44,890 nucleotides of DNA from an uncultured Acidimicrobiia bacterium (GTDB lineage Bacteria > Actinomycetota > Acidimicrobiia > Acidimicrobiales > SZUA-35), in contig CALACD010000393.1 in assembly GCA_937890445.1 (NCBI GenBank), forward strand, positions 1-44,890, given 5' to 3'. Under the pieces are notes generated by a model. The model was not told where the DNA came from and made no database searches. It was given only the letters and a program-made list of their open reading frames with translations. How positions within the stretch are numbered: the stretch's first letter is position 1; the number at the start of each line of letters is the position of its first letter. The translations under genes were made by a program, and so were the position numbers. Positions 18,240 to 25,930 of this stretch are shown piece after piece.

Positions 18240-20276
18240 GTGTGGCTACTAGCCTTCCCTTCCGTGGATGGAACAGCGCAGGAGTCGACGATCGGCGGTC
18301 GGTGGCGGTCTGAACCACCGTATCGCTTCGTCCTGACCCACCTCGGTGGACTCAGCGCCGGCCCTCGCTTCGGGCTGGGCCAAGGCACCCAGACCTTTGG
18401 CCCGGGCCCGCACGAGCACGGCGATCCATCGGTCGCCTTCTTCGACCTGACGATTCCTCCTGGCCATGATCGCGGCGGCCAGGTCGTTGTCTCGCCGGCG
18501 AAGGACCTACCCGAAGCGTTCCTCGACCGATGCCGACTCGATCACGTGTCCTTGACCGGCACCGAGCGGTTCGAGCCAGGGCAGGTGCTCACGGTGGGTC
18601 CCGACCAGTTCCTGCTCGAGTCCCCGGCCCCCGCCGACGTCGACCGACCGGCGCCGAGGGCACGGCCGGCCATTCCCGCTCGACCTCAACCACCAATGCT
18701 TCCGAGTCGGACCTGGCTCCTCGCCGGGACGGTCCCGCTCGTGGGTGCAGCGCTGGTCCTGCTTCTGGTCGATCGACGTTTCTGGATCCTGGCCGCCCTG
18801 GCTCTCTGCGCCGCAGCCGCCCTGTGGTTCGGCTACCGACGGGTCCGAACCCGTCGCGTCGAGCAATGGCGGATGGCCCGACAGCGGCGAGTCGACGACT
18901 TCACTCGTTCGCTGCAGTCGGCCAACCGCGCCGAAGCCGCCGAGCGCCGAAAGGGCGTCGGCCTCCCATCGGAGGTCATCGCCTCGGCGACCCATGGCTC
19001 ACTCCTCACGCTGACCTCGCCGCATACCATCGCCATCGGTCTGACCACCGATGCTGCCCCGACAACCTGGGCCCCCGACGAGTTGCACCACGTCGACACC
19101 GACCTACGCCGGGTCATGACCGGGAACTCGATGCTGACAGCCGTTCCCATCACCGTCGACCTGTCGTGCACGGTCATCGGGCTGAGCGGCCCGCGAGCCG
19201 CGACACTGGCGGTGGCCCGCCACCTCCTGACCGCCAATCTGCTCAGTTCCGAACCGCTTGGTGTTCATCTCGACGTGGCCGATTCGCCAGACTGGACAGC
19301 GTTCGATCTCGATGATCGACCGGCGGGGGATCTCTTCTACGTGACCGACCGACTCGACCTGCCCGCCCGGTTCGTGCGGGCGGGGCTCGTGGTGGCCGAC
19401 ACCGACGATCAGCTCCCCTCCTTTGCCACCGCTCGGGTGCGCCTCGATGATGCCGGTTACGCCAGCCTCGAGGACGAGGCCGGACGTGTCGTGATCGATC
19501 GTTTCGTTCCGCTGGGCATCACCGATGCCCAGACACGTTCCGTCCTGCACAACCGCATCCGCGTTCCGCCACTCGATTCCGCCACGATCGATCCCGAACA
19601 TCGGGCGACCGAGAAGCCATCGACCGGGGCCGGCGACGACGGAGCGATCGTGGTGATCAGCAGCGACCGCAGGACGAACGACGCGGTCCTGGCCAGTCTG
19701 GCCGTCGATCTGCTACGACGACCGGATCGGACACGGCTGTCCGTCTTCGTACTGGACGGTACGAGCCGAGGGCTCATTCGTCTCGCTCAGCTCGACCACA
19801 CCCAGGACTACGCAGCTGCCGATGACCCCGTCGGGGTCGAACGGGTGCTCAGAGCGGTGGAACACACGATCGGGGCCGGCACCCGACCGGCGCCACCGCC
19901 GGTGACCGCCGTGCTCCTCACCAGCGACATCGACGGCCTGATATCGTTCCTGGACCGAGCCGGCCGCGGCGATCTGATCGGTCGCCTGCTGCACATCGTC
20001 GACACCCACGATCGCATTCACCTGATGATGGCCGCCTCCCAACGGACCGAGACGGCCCTGGCACCGCCGTTCGGCGACCGATTCGCCACCCGGCTCCACT
20101 GTCGGGGTGACATCGGTGTCCTGGAGAGCGTCAGTGCTACCAGGACCATCTCGCTGACCGCCATCTCGGGCCGCGATCTCACCGGTGCCGTGGCCGACCT
20201 GCGGGGCCGACGAACTCGGCCTCAGAACTGCTCGGGGCGAAGCGTCGGGAACAACACCACATCGCGAATGGTGTGA
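18240..20276 (+). CDS. FHA-like N-terminal domain + 2 TM helices + two degenerate FtsK/SpoIIIE (EccC/EssC-like) NTPase-like domains lacking Walker A
   Basis: N-terminus YRFVLTHLGG...GQVLTVGPDQFLLE is FHA/EssC-like. TM helices lie at about aa 158-198. The post-TM segment (RRVDDFTRSLQ...LPSEVIASATHG) resembles the EccC stalk. The positions where GxxGxGK[ST] is expected read IGLSGPRAATLAVARHLL and IVVISSDRRTNDAVLASL. GC3 is high. The start is uncertain, and the 3' end overlaps lysS convergently by ~55 nt. Confidence 0.55.
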   Translation: MWLLAFPSVDGTAQESTIGGRWRSEPPYRFVLTHLGGLSAGPRFGLGQGTQTFGPGPHEHGDPSVAFFDLTIPPGHDRGGQVVVSPAKDLPEAFLDRCRLDHVSLTGTERFEPGQVLTVGPDQFLLESPAPADVDRPAPRARPAIPARPQPPMLPSRTWLLAGTVPLVGAALVLLLVDRRFWILAALALCAAAALWFGYRRVRTRRVEQWRMARQRRVDDFTRSLQSANRAEAAERRKGVGLPSEVIASATHGSLLTLTSPHTIAIGLTTDAAPTTWAPDELHHVDTDLRRVMTGNSMLTAVPITVDLSCTVIGLSGPRAATLAVARHLLTANLLSSEPLGVHLDVADSPDWTAFDLDDRPAGDLFYVTDRLDLPARFVRAGLVVADTDDQLPSFATARVRLDDAGYASLEDEAGRVVIDRFVPLGITDAQTRSVLHNRIRVPPLDSATIDPEHRATEKPSTGAGDDGAIVVISSDRRTNDAVLASLAVDLLRRPDRTRLSVFVLDGTSRGLIRLAQLDHTQDYAAADDPVGVERVLRAVEHTIGAGTRPAPPPVTAVLLTSDIDGLISFLDRAGRGDLIGRLLHIVDTHDRIHLMMAASQRTETALAPPFGDRFATRLHCRGDIGVLESVSATRTISLTAISGRDLTGAVADLRGRRTRPQNCSGRSVGNNTTSRMV

Positions 20277-21625
20277 ACATCGGTCAACAGCATGACCAGG
20301 CGATCGATGCCGATTCCGAGGCCACCCGTCGGCGGTAGGCCGTACTCCATGGCCCGTAAATAGTCTTCATCGACCACCATGGCTTCGTCGTCGCCAGCCT
20401 CACGCTGCGCCACCTGATCCTCCATTCGAGCCCGCTGCTCGGCCGGATCGATGAGCTCGCTGAAGGCGTTGCACAGCTCACGACCGGCAACGATGCCCTC
20501 GAAGCGTTCGGTGAAACCAGGCTTGGACCGGTGGTCGCGGGACAGAGGCGAGACTTCCTTCGGGTAGTCGGTGACGAAGACCGGTCCCCACAGTTCGGCT
20601 TCCGTGGTCTTCTCGTAGATCTCCAGGATGATCTTTCCCGGTCCGTAGGACGATTTCACGGGCACACCGAAACGTTCGGCGTGCGCCCGCAACTCCTTCA
20701 GGGGCATCTCGAGGTCGAGTTCGACTCCGGCGTGCTCGGCAATCAACTCCAACATGGTCACGCGTCGCCAGGGAGCGGCCAGATCGATCGAGCGATCGCC
20801 GTAGGCAAGCGTGGTGGTTCCGTGCAGCTCCATCGCGAGATGACTGACGAGCTGTTCGACCAACTCCATCATGTCGCTGTAGTCGGCGTACGCCTGGTAC
20901 AGCTCGAGCATGGTGAACTCGGGATTGTGCCGGGTGCTCATGCCCTCGTTGCGAAAGACCCGACCAATCTCGAAGACACGTTCCAAGCCCCCGGCGGTGA
21001 GTCGCTTCAGGTAGAGCTCCGGGGCGATGCGGAGGAACAGTTCGGTATCGAGGGCGTTGTGATGGGTCGTGAAGGGTCGGGCCAGGGCGCCGCCGGGAAT
21101 GGGGTGGAAGATGGGCGTCTCGACCTCGAACGAGCGATCCTCGAGCCAGCGACGAATCAGCGAAACGATGCGCGAGCGCTGGATGAACACTTCGCGGGCT
21201 TCGGGCGTTACCCAGAGATCGACATAGCGCTGCCGGTACCGAAGATCGGGATCCGAAATCCCGTGCCATTTGTCCGGAAACGGTCGACGGGCCGGCGCCA
21301 GGAGCTCCCACTGCTGGACCTTGACCGACAGTTCGCCTTTGCGGGTCTTCATGACCTCACCGGTCACCCCGATCCAATCACCCAGATTCAGTTCACAGAA
21401 GTCGGTGAACTCAGGAGTCACCTTGGCCGGCGCGAACAACTGGATCCGACCTCCGGAATCCTGGAGGGTGCCGAACGCCAGCTTGCCCTGCACCCGTCGC
21501 AGCATCAGCCGTCCGGCGATGGTGACCTCTGCCCCCGTCTCGGCGCCGTCCTCGATCGAACCGTGCTCGTGGCGAACCTGCGCCGAGGTGGCGGTGGGCC
21601 GAAACGTATAGGGAATCGGTCGCAT
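20222..21625 (-). CDS. lysS: Lysine--tRNA ligase (class II)
   Basis: OB anticodon-binding domain (VTIAGRLMLRRVQGKLAFGTLQD), motif 2 region (VFRNEG) and motif 3 (GGLGIGIDRLVMLL). ATG 21625 lies 1 nt after the upstream stop. GTG 21634 (ORF track) is the alternative. Confidence 0.95.
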   Translation of the reverse strand: MRPIPYTFRPTATSAQVRHEHGSIEDGAETGAEVTIAGRLMLRRVQGKLAFGTLQDSGGRIQLFAPAKVTPEFTDFCELNLGDWIGVTGEVMKTRKGELSVKVQQWELLAPARRPFPDKWHGISDPDLRYRQRYVDLWVTPEAREVFIQRSRIVSLIRRWLEDRSFEVETPIFHPIPGGALARPFTTHHNALDTELFLRIAPELYLKRLTAGGLERVFEIGRVFRNEGMSTRHNPEFTMLELYQAYADYSDMMELVEQLVSHLAMELHGTTTLAYGDRSIDLAAPWRRVTMLELIAEHAGVELDLEMPLKELRAHAERFGVPVKSSYGPGKIILEIYEKTTEAELWGPVFVTDYPKEVSPLSRDHRSKPGFTERFEGIVAGRELCNAFSELIDPAEQRARMEDQVAQREAGDDEAMVVDEDYLRAMEYGLPPTGGLGIGIDRLVMLLTDVHTIRDVVLFPTLRPEQF

Positions 21626-21626
21626 C

Positions 21627-22151
21627 TCAGCCACCAGCGAAGTCGGCGGCGCCGACCGTCCGCTCCGCGGCCGCGACCAGCGCTCGACCCGAAGGCCCCA
21701 TCTGACGCCCCAGGATTCGTTCGATCACGATGATGGCCTTGGTGGTGTCGGGCACCATGCCGCTCCATCGGAGATATCCGGCGAGCACGCCCGCGATACG
21801 ATCGCCCATTTCTTCTCCGTGCAACAGCAGGCGGTGCCCGGCCTGCAACAACGAACGGAGCTCGGGGTAGATCTGGCCCATTGCCACTTCGTCGTCGACG
21901 GTCGGAGCGAATGGCCAATGCTTCCAGGGCATACCCAGCTCGTCGTAGCTGTGCAGGTTGTGGTTGGACGGAATCAACGACACCACGAAGGCGAAGTCGT
22001 TCTCACGGATCCAGATGATCTCTTCCTGGCGGCGAACCCGCCGATGATTCATCCCGTAGCCGCCAGGCCGCTCGCAAACTCCCAACTGACCATCGATGAT
22101 CCAATGGAAGTGACGCGGCTTTATGCCTTGCGCCCACTTGCCCTTCGCCAT
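21627..22151 (-). CDS. Dual-specificity/Tyr-phosphatase-fold protein with Gly replacing the catalytic Cys (HGx5R)
   Basis: The layout ...VVSL...WKHWPFAPTVDDE...LLLHGEEMGDRIAGVLAGYL...AIIVIERILGR aligns to the PTP/DSP pattern D-loop ... VHCxxGxxR[ST] ... AI..vR. A GAGAGGA SD lies ~9 nt upstream of ATG 22151. Confidence 0.6.
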   Translation of the reverse strand: MAKGKWAQGIKPRHFHWIIDGQLGVCERPGGYGMNHRRVRRQEEIIWIRENDFAFVVSLIPSNHNLHSYDELGMPWKHWPFAPTVDDEVAMGQIYPELRSLLQAGHRLLLHGEEMGDRIAGVLAGYLRWSGMVPDTTKAIIVIERILGRQMGPSGRALVAAAERTVGAADFAGG

Positions 22152-22223
22152 GACGTCAGTCCTCTCGGAGTTGGGCCGAGACGATCGGCCACCGAACTCA
22201 TCTTGGAGCCCATTCGGTCCACT

Positions 22224-23153
22224 TCAACCCAGATGATCGTAGCCAGCCGTCTCCCCGGCCCACCCATCGATTCGGAGGACTCCCCGAGTGCGGGCCACTC
22301 GCCGACCGCCTCGGAGCTGACATGCAACCGCCCGACCCTCGACCACTTCGAGCACTCGAGCCATCTCTGCGGTCGAGGGTGGATAGCCACCCGCGTCGGT
22401 GAGCCAACGTCGAAGCACCATCGACCGAACCGCCGGAGCCACGGACCGAAGGGCCAACGTGTCCGTCGGATCGACACCGGCGGTGAACGTGTGCAGTGCT
22501 GCATCCGCAGCCCTGGCGTGATCGGCCATCCGGTTGATGAGCGGAACGGGGTCCCGATCACTGATCGATGCCATCAACGGCAGGAGTTCGTGTCGAATGC
22601 GGTTCCGCACGAAACGGGGGTCCTGGTTGCTCGGGTCGTCGATCACCACCAGCCCGAGCAATCGGCAGAGTCCTTGCGTCTGCCATCGGCGCAGACCGAG
22701 CAGCGGATGCGGTGGGCCCGGGGCCATGGCCCCGAGTCCGGTCACCCCCGTTCCCCGCAGCAGGTTGATCAGCACCGTTTCGGCCTGGTCGTCTGCGGTA
22801 TGCCCCGTGAGAGCATCGGGCCCCAACACCGAGCGTCGAGCCTCGCGACAGCGAGCCTCCAGATTGGCCCCATCGACGATCTCGACCCGCTCGGCCCGAA
22901 ACCGGGCACCGAAGCGCTCGGCGGCCGCCTGCACGATCAACGCCTCGTCCTGGGATCCGACCCGAAGTCCGTGATCGACGTGAATCGCCGTGACATCGCA
23001 TCCCGCACCGCACGCCAGCGCCAGCAGTGCCAGCGAATCGGCTCCGCCAGACACGGCGCACGCCACGGTGGTGCCTGCGGGGGGAAACGCACAGAGGGGG
23101 AGGAGCTCGCCGATCGACGGAACGGACGTTCTCGAAGCTGCAGGCTCAGCCAC
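22224..23153 (-). CDS. tilS: tRNA(Ile)-lysidine synthase
   Basis: PP-loop VACAVSGGADSLALL. GTG 23153 overlaps the upstream stop by 8 nt. ORF-track start 23303 lies inside the upstream gene. Confidence 0.87.
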   Translation of the reverse strand: MAEPAASRTSVPSIGELLPLCAFPPAGTTVACAVSGGADSLALLALACGAGCDVTAIHVDHGLRVGSQDEALIVQAAAERFGARFRAERVEIVDGANLEARCREARRSVLGPDALTGHTADDQAETVLINLLRGTGVTGLGAMAPGPPHPLLGLRRWQTQGLCRLLGLVVIDDPSNQDPRFVRNRIRHELLPLMASISDRDPVPLINRMADHARAADAALHTFTAGVDPTDTLALRSVAPAVRSMVLRRWLTDAGGYPPSTAEMARVLEVVEGRAVACQLRGGRRVARTRGVLRIDGWAGETAGYDHLG

Positions 23154-24267
23154 GAACCGGCGTGTCGACCCGAGCGATCCACAGCCCAGGATCTCGAATC
23201 TCGGCGATGTCGGGCAGCATGTCGGCGCTCTTCCAGACCTGGTCGAACAACTCTCGACCTCCGGCTGCCTCCACCGTCGAGACGAACTTCTCGCCCTCGG
23301 CATACTGCGCCAACTTGGCCTCGAACCCCAGCAGCTTCTGGAAGAACTTCGACGGACCAGAAGCTGATGAACGACGTTGACTCATGACCCGAGCGAATCG
23401 AGGTTGACCAGGGATCAGACCGCGGCCGGCCCGATCCATGGTGATGTCTCCATGTCCCTCGAGCAGGCTCATCAGACCGGTGATCCGATCGAGTACACGT
23501 TTCTGCTCGGGCGATGCCAGCAGGACGGAGAGTCCACCATCGAGCGACCCCTTCGAACCGCTGCGCCGAGCCTCGACCGCCTGTTTCAACGCGGCCACTA
23601 CTCGATCCGGATCCGGGTCGACCGAATCGAGAAGCTCGTTGACCAACGACAGGAAATAGGGTCGCAGCCACGGGACCCCGGTGAACTGAGCCCGGTGGGT
23701 GCACTCGTGGAGAGCGATCCACAATCGGAACTCGCGGGGCGCGAACCCATAGCGCTTCTCCAGGCCGAGCACGTTGGGGGCTACGTAATAGACCCAGTCC
23801 TGGTCCTCGGGCCGTTCGTCTTCGATGATGAGCAGGTCGTACTGGCCGATGACGCGAGTCGACATCCAACCGAGCATCGCGCCCATCTCGACACCAGCGA
23901 CCCGGGGGCCGACCGCTCTCCCGATCGGCTCGGTGACGCGAGCGAGGGGCTCGGTCAAGCGGGACAGTCGACCCGGCTCTCGATCGACGGGATCATCGTC
24001 CAACCGGCCCAACAGCGGTCGCATCAATCGATCGAAACTGGCCAGATTGGCATCGACCCACATCATTCGATCCGCTACCCGCGCCCGAGCCGGGCCGGCC
24101 AGCGAAGGAAGGCCGGTCTCGACGGCGACAAGTTCCTCGGCCTGACGGGTCAAGGCCTCCAGGTCCGGCTGGAGCGACTCGACGAGAACCTTGTCGGTGA
24201 CCGGCTCGCGACCAGAGACCTTGTTCGCAACCTTGCGAGCCAGGTCCCAGTCGACAGCGTTCGACAC
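23146..24267 (-). CDS. Zinc-dependent metalloprotease (HExxH; DUF2342-type, the family that precedes tilS in actinobacteria)
   Basis: HExxH in IALHECTHRAQF. The family-typical N-terminus VSNAVDWDLARKVA begins at GTG 24267. The ORF-track extension to 24372 has low GC3, while another frame there (the small ORF below) has high GC3. Confidence 0.8.
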   Translation of the reverse strand: MSNAVDWDLARKVANKVSGREPVTDKVLVESLQPDLEALTRQAEELVAVETGLPSLAGPARARVADRMMWVDANLASFDRLMRPLLGRLDDDPVDREPGRLSRLTEPLARVTEPIGRAVGPRVAGVEMGAMLGWMSTRVIGQYDLLIIEDERPEDQDWVYYVAPNVLGLEKRYGFAPREFRLWIALHECTHRAQFTGVPWLRPYFLSLVNELLDSVDPDPDRVVAALKQAVEARRSGSKGSLDGGLSVLLASPEQKRVLDRITGLMSLLEGHGDITMDRAGRGLIPGQPRFARVMSQRRSSASGPSKFFQKLLGFEAKLAQYAEGEKFVSTVEAAGGRELFDQVWKSADMLPDIAEIRDPGLWIARVDTPVRG

Positions 24268-24398
24268 TACGGCTTCTTCGGGTACCTCGGGTTCTCCACC
24301 TTGGAGAAGTAACCGACGACCAGCGAGACAACGAGCAGGATCGCACCGATGGTCAGGAAGAATCCGATCCACCAGTGCCAGATGACAGCCAAGAGCAT
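24267..24398 (-). CDS. Small hydrophobic membrane protein, 43 aa (not in ORF track)
   Basis: My own translation: MLLAVIWHWWIGFFLTIGAILLVVSLVVGYFSKVENPRYPKKP*. 38 of 43 codons end in G/C. A TACACT hexamer lies 6 nt upstream of ATG 24398. Its TAG stop shares a base with the GTG start of the metalloprotease (TAGTG). Confidence 0.6.
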   Translation of the reverse strand: MLLAVIWHWWIGFFLTIGAILLVVSLVVGYFSKVENPRYPKKP

Positions 24399-24404
24399 GT
24401 CCTG

Positions 24405-24410
24405 AGTGTA
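24405..24410 (-). promoter_or_regulatory. -10-like hexamer TACACT, 6 nt upstream of the small-ORF ATG 24398
   Basis: Plus strand reads agtgta. TAnnnT + 6 nt + ATG. Confidence 0.4.
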
Positions 24411-24444
24411 GAGGATCCGAGGCCCCGCCCCGATCTGCCGGTCA

Positions 24445-24463
24445 CCTCGATCACCATTCGAGG
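24445..24463 (-). terminator. Weak stem-loop after rsrA (CCTCGA-N7-TCGAGG)
   Basis: A 6-bp inverted repeat read directly, with no U-tract. Possible end of the sigH-rsrA transcript. Confidence 0.25.
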
Positions 24464-24498
24464 CGTCGACGACCCGCCATCAGACCGGTAGGACCGCT

Positions 24499-24801
24499 TC
24501 AGGAAGGCGGTTCTGGATCATCGAGGCAAGCCAGGATCCGCTCACGGAGTCCGACAGGAAGCTCACACCGACAGCCCTGTCGCACGACCGTTCGGAGACG
24601 AACATGGAAGTCGACGGCGTCGGCGCAGGGCGGGCACTCGACGAGATGGGCCCGCAGAACGGTGATCCGGGTCTCGGTCGAGGACTCGTCGACGATCGTG
24701 TACATCTCTGCGAACACCTCGGCACACAAATCTGGATGATGCAGATCCCGTTGCAACTCGGGTCCACCGGATGCTGGCTGATGCTCGTGTCGATCGGTCA
24801 T
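24499..24801 (-). CDS. rsrA: Zinc-associated anti-sigma factor (ZAS), RsrA/RshA type
   Basis: H-x3-C-x2-C motif (HLVECPPC) plus the N-terminal redox Cys (DLCAEVF). ATGA overlap with the sigH stop. Confidence 0.85.
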   Translation of the reverse strand: MTDRHEHQPASGGPELQRDLHHPDLCAEVFAEMYTIVDESSTETRITVLRAHLVECPPCADAVDFHVRLRTVVRQGCRCELPVGLRERILACLDDPEPPS

Positions 24802-25457
24802 GTCTCGGTCGTGATGGTCTCGGGGACTCCGGCTGCGTCGACGATGCCCTCATCGTCGTTGCGTTCGGACTCTGCTTCTGTTGGGGCCACCAGCCCTCGG
24901 GCCACGGCGAACTCGTACAACTCCTGTTGCAAGGCTTTTCTTCCCCGATGCAGCCTGCTCATGACCGTCCCGATCGGGACGTCCAGGATCTCCGCGATCT
25001 CCTTGTATGCGAATCCCTCGACGTCAGCCAACAACACCGCCATGCGATACGCCTCGGGGAGCGCCTCGACCGCGGCGATCACCTCCGACTCGGCGAAGAG
25101 TTCCATCATCTCGTCCTCGGCGCTCTGTCCGAACTGAGTCGGGTTCCGCAGGCGTCGATAGAGGTAGAAGTCCTCGAGATCGTCCAGGTCGGTCTCGTCT
25201 GGTCGACGTTGACGGGATCGAAACCGGTTGATGTGTGTGTTGGACAGAATGCGGAACAGCCACGCCCGCAGGTTGGTGCCCTCGGTGAAGGAGCCATAAC
25301 CCCGATATGCCTTGAGGAACGTCTCCTGCAAGAGATCCTCGGCGTCGGCGTCGTTCGCGGTCAATCGACGTGCTGTGGAGAAAAGCGACGCCATGAATGG
25401 CTCTGCGTCGGCCACGAAGGTCGCTTGATCTGCCACATTCGGAGGATACTGGGCCAT
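24798..25457 (-). CDS. sigH: ECF sigma factor SigH/SigR (thiol-oxidative/heat stress)
   Basis: DAEDLLQETFLKAYRGYGSFTEGTNLRAWLFRILSNTHINRFR (region 2) and MAVLLADVEGFAYKEIAEILDVPIGTVMSRLHRGRKAL (region 4), close to SigH/SigR. Start candidates are ATG 25457, GTG 25436 (with TATCCT 6 nt upstream) and ATG 25481 (ORF track). Confidence 0.9.
   Translation of the reverse strand: MAQYPPNVADQATFVADAEPFMASLFSTARRLTANDADAEDLLQETFLKAYRGYGSFTEGTNLRAWLFRILSNTHINRFRSRQRRPDETDLDDLEDFYLYRRLRNPTQFGQSAEDEMMELFAESEVIAAVEALPEAYRMAVLLADVEGFAYKEIAEILDVPIGTVMSRLHRGRKALQQELYEFAVARGLVAPTEAESERNDDEGIVDAAGVPETITTET
25443..25450. promoter_or_regulatory. Overlapping opposite-strand -10-like hexamers: TATCCT (minus, 6 nt before sigH GTG 25436) and GATACT (plus, 5 nt before VOC ATG 25456)
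   Basis: Plus strand reads aggatact. Both hexamers sit at leaderless-type distances from start codons on opposite strands. Confidence 0.35.
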
Positions 25458-25872
25458 GCCTCTTGGCCACCTCGGAATCAATGTCAGCGATCTCGAACGT
25501 AGTCGCGCCTACTACAACCGCCTGCTCCCACTCCTCGAGTTCGAGCGCTTCTTGGATCACCACGACGAGTTCGCGTGGCGTCCGGCCGGCGGAAAGTCCG
25601 GCACGTATCTGTTCTTCTACCCTGCGGCGCGGCTCGGCGCGCAAGGCCATGAACAGGCAGGATTGCAGCACCTGGCGTTCATGGTGAGGACCCGGGCCGT
25701 GGTGGATCAGGTACGTGACCTGGCAGCTGAACTGGGAAGCCCCATCGTCCACGAGCCGAAGGAATGGCCCGAATACCCGCCCCCCTACTACGCGACGTTC
25801 TGGCAGGACCCCGACGGCTTCTTACTGGAGGCGGTCTGCCATGCGAGCCCGGAACGAGAATTGAACTCGTGA
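25456..25872 (+). CDS. VOC-family (glyoxalase/bleomycin resistance/dioxygenase fold) protein
   Basis: MPLGHLGINVSDLERSRAYY...LQHLAFMV...DPDGFLLEAV is a typical VOC pattern. Its last 27 nt overlap tRNA-Thr on the other strand. Confidence 0.8.
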   Translation: MPLGHLGINVSDLERSRAYYNRLLPLLEFERFLDHHDEFAWRPAGGKSGTYLFFYPAARLGAQGHEQAGLQHLAFMVRTRAVVDQVRDLAAELGSPIVHEPKEWPEYPPPYYATFWQDPDGFLLEAVCHASPERELNS

Positions 25873-25918
25873 CCTACGCTTTACGAGAGCGTCGCTCTAC
25901 CAACTGAGCTATCCGGGC
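25846..25918 (-). tRNA. tRNA-Thr (anticodon CGT)
   Basis: Folded by hand: GCCCGGA-TA-GCTC-AGTTGGTA-GAGC-G-ACGCT-CTCGTAA-AGCGT-AGGTC-ACGAG-TTCAATT-CTCGT-TCCGGGC-T. It is 73 nt long and CCA is not encoded. Confidence 0.93.
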
Positions 25919-25930
25919 AGGTCTGCAAGC

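Noticed and set aside
25474-25478. A GGAAT pentamer that could be the -35 of a SigH/SigR-type promoter (GGAAT-N18-GTT).
   Set aside because: There is no GTT at the required spacing, and it is on the plus strand inside the VOC gene, pointing away from sigH. I also found no convincing match on the minus strand upstream of sigH.
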